Assembly: GCF_002113885.1 (NCBI RefSeq)
Contig: NW_018408296.1
Location: 253,854 to 317,853, forward strand
DNA from: Mizuhopecten yessoensis
Taxonomy: Eukaryota
Length of the DNA: 64,000 nucleotides
Reading direction: 5' to 3'
Below are positions 63,635 to 64,000 of this stretch, in pieces. Positions within the stretch are counted from its first letter, which is position 1; each line of letters begins with the position of its first letter. A model generated the notes under the pieces. That model worked only from the letters and a program-made list of their open reading frames with translations, made no database searches and was not told where the DNA came from. The position numbers were made by a program, and so were the translations under genes.

Positions 63635-63879
63635 NNNNNNNNNNNNNNNNNNNNNNNNNNNNNNNNNNNNNNNNNNNNNNNNNNNNNNNNNNNNNNNNNN
63701 NNNNNNNNNNNNNNNNNNNNNNNNNNNNNNNNNNNNNNNNNNNNNNNNNNNNNNNNNNNNNNNNNNNNNNNNNNNNNNNNNNNNNNNNNNNNNNNNNNNN
63801 NNNNNNNNNNNNNNNNNNNNNNNNNNNNNNNNNNNNNNNNNNNNNNNNNNNNNNNNNNNNNNNNNNNNNNNNNNNNNNN
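63635..63879. other. Assembly gap
   Basis: Run of N. Confidence 1.
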
Positions 63880-63884
63880 TTTAT

Positions 63885-64000
63885 TCATTGTCAAGGGGTA
63901 TCGTGACGTTTTGACCTATCACGCTGGTGTTCAATCATTGTTAAGGGGTATCGTGACGTTTTGACCTATAACGCTGGTGTTACTTCATTGTTAAGGGGTA
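63885..64000. repeat. 50-bp tandem repeat running off the window end
   Basis: Unit aaggggtatcgtgacgttttgacctatcacgctggtgttcaatcattgtt. aggggta ends at 63900, 63950 and 64000. Confidence 0.92.

Noticed and set aside
1-64000. Prokaryotic or viral system (operon, defence island, CRISPR, retron)
   Set aside because: Very low coding density and typical metazoan repeats. The only reverse transcriptase is an ordinary decayed LINE.

Overview
AT-rich, repeat-dense eukaryotic scaffold sequence with two N-gaps and one single-N junction. The repeat repertoire (tRNA-headed CORE/V SINEs, HINE/Helentron-type element, Crypton remnants) suggests a mollusc, probably a bivalve (inference). I recognise no intact host protein-coding gene, rRNA, genuine tRNA or CRISPR array. 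All recognisable coding sequence is decayed transposon: a near full-length LINE (26511-31187) inserted into a Tc1/mariner fossil, two LINE 3' fragments, a Crypton N-terminal fragment and a possible L1/Tx1 ORF1. The remainder is SINEs, many MITEs (several with clear TSDs and nested in other elements), hairpins and minisatellites. A few canonical GT-AG exon candidates and a phased-motif TATA element may belong to host or non-coding transcripts but are unproven. I found no convincing novel biological system. The best observations are nested insertions with internal empty-site controls, a MITE whose internal satellite is built from its own terminal repeat, and a tRNA-like segment carried inside a DNA-transposon-like repeat. 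All alignments and identities were judged by eye.
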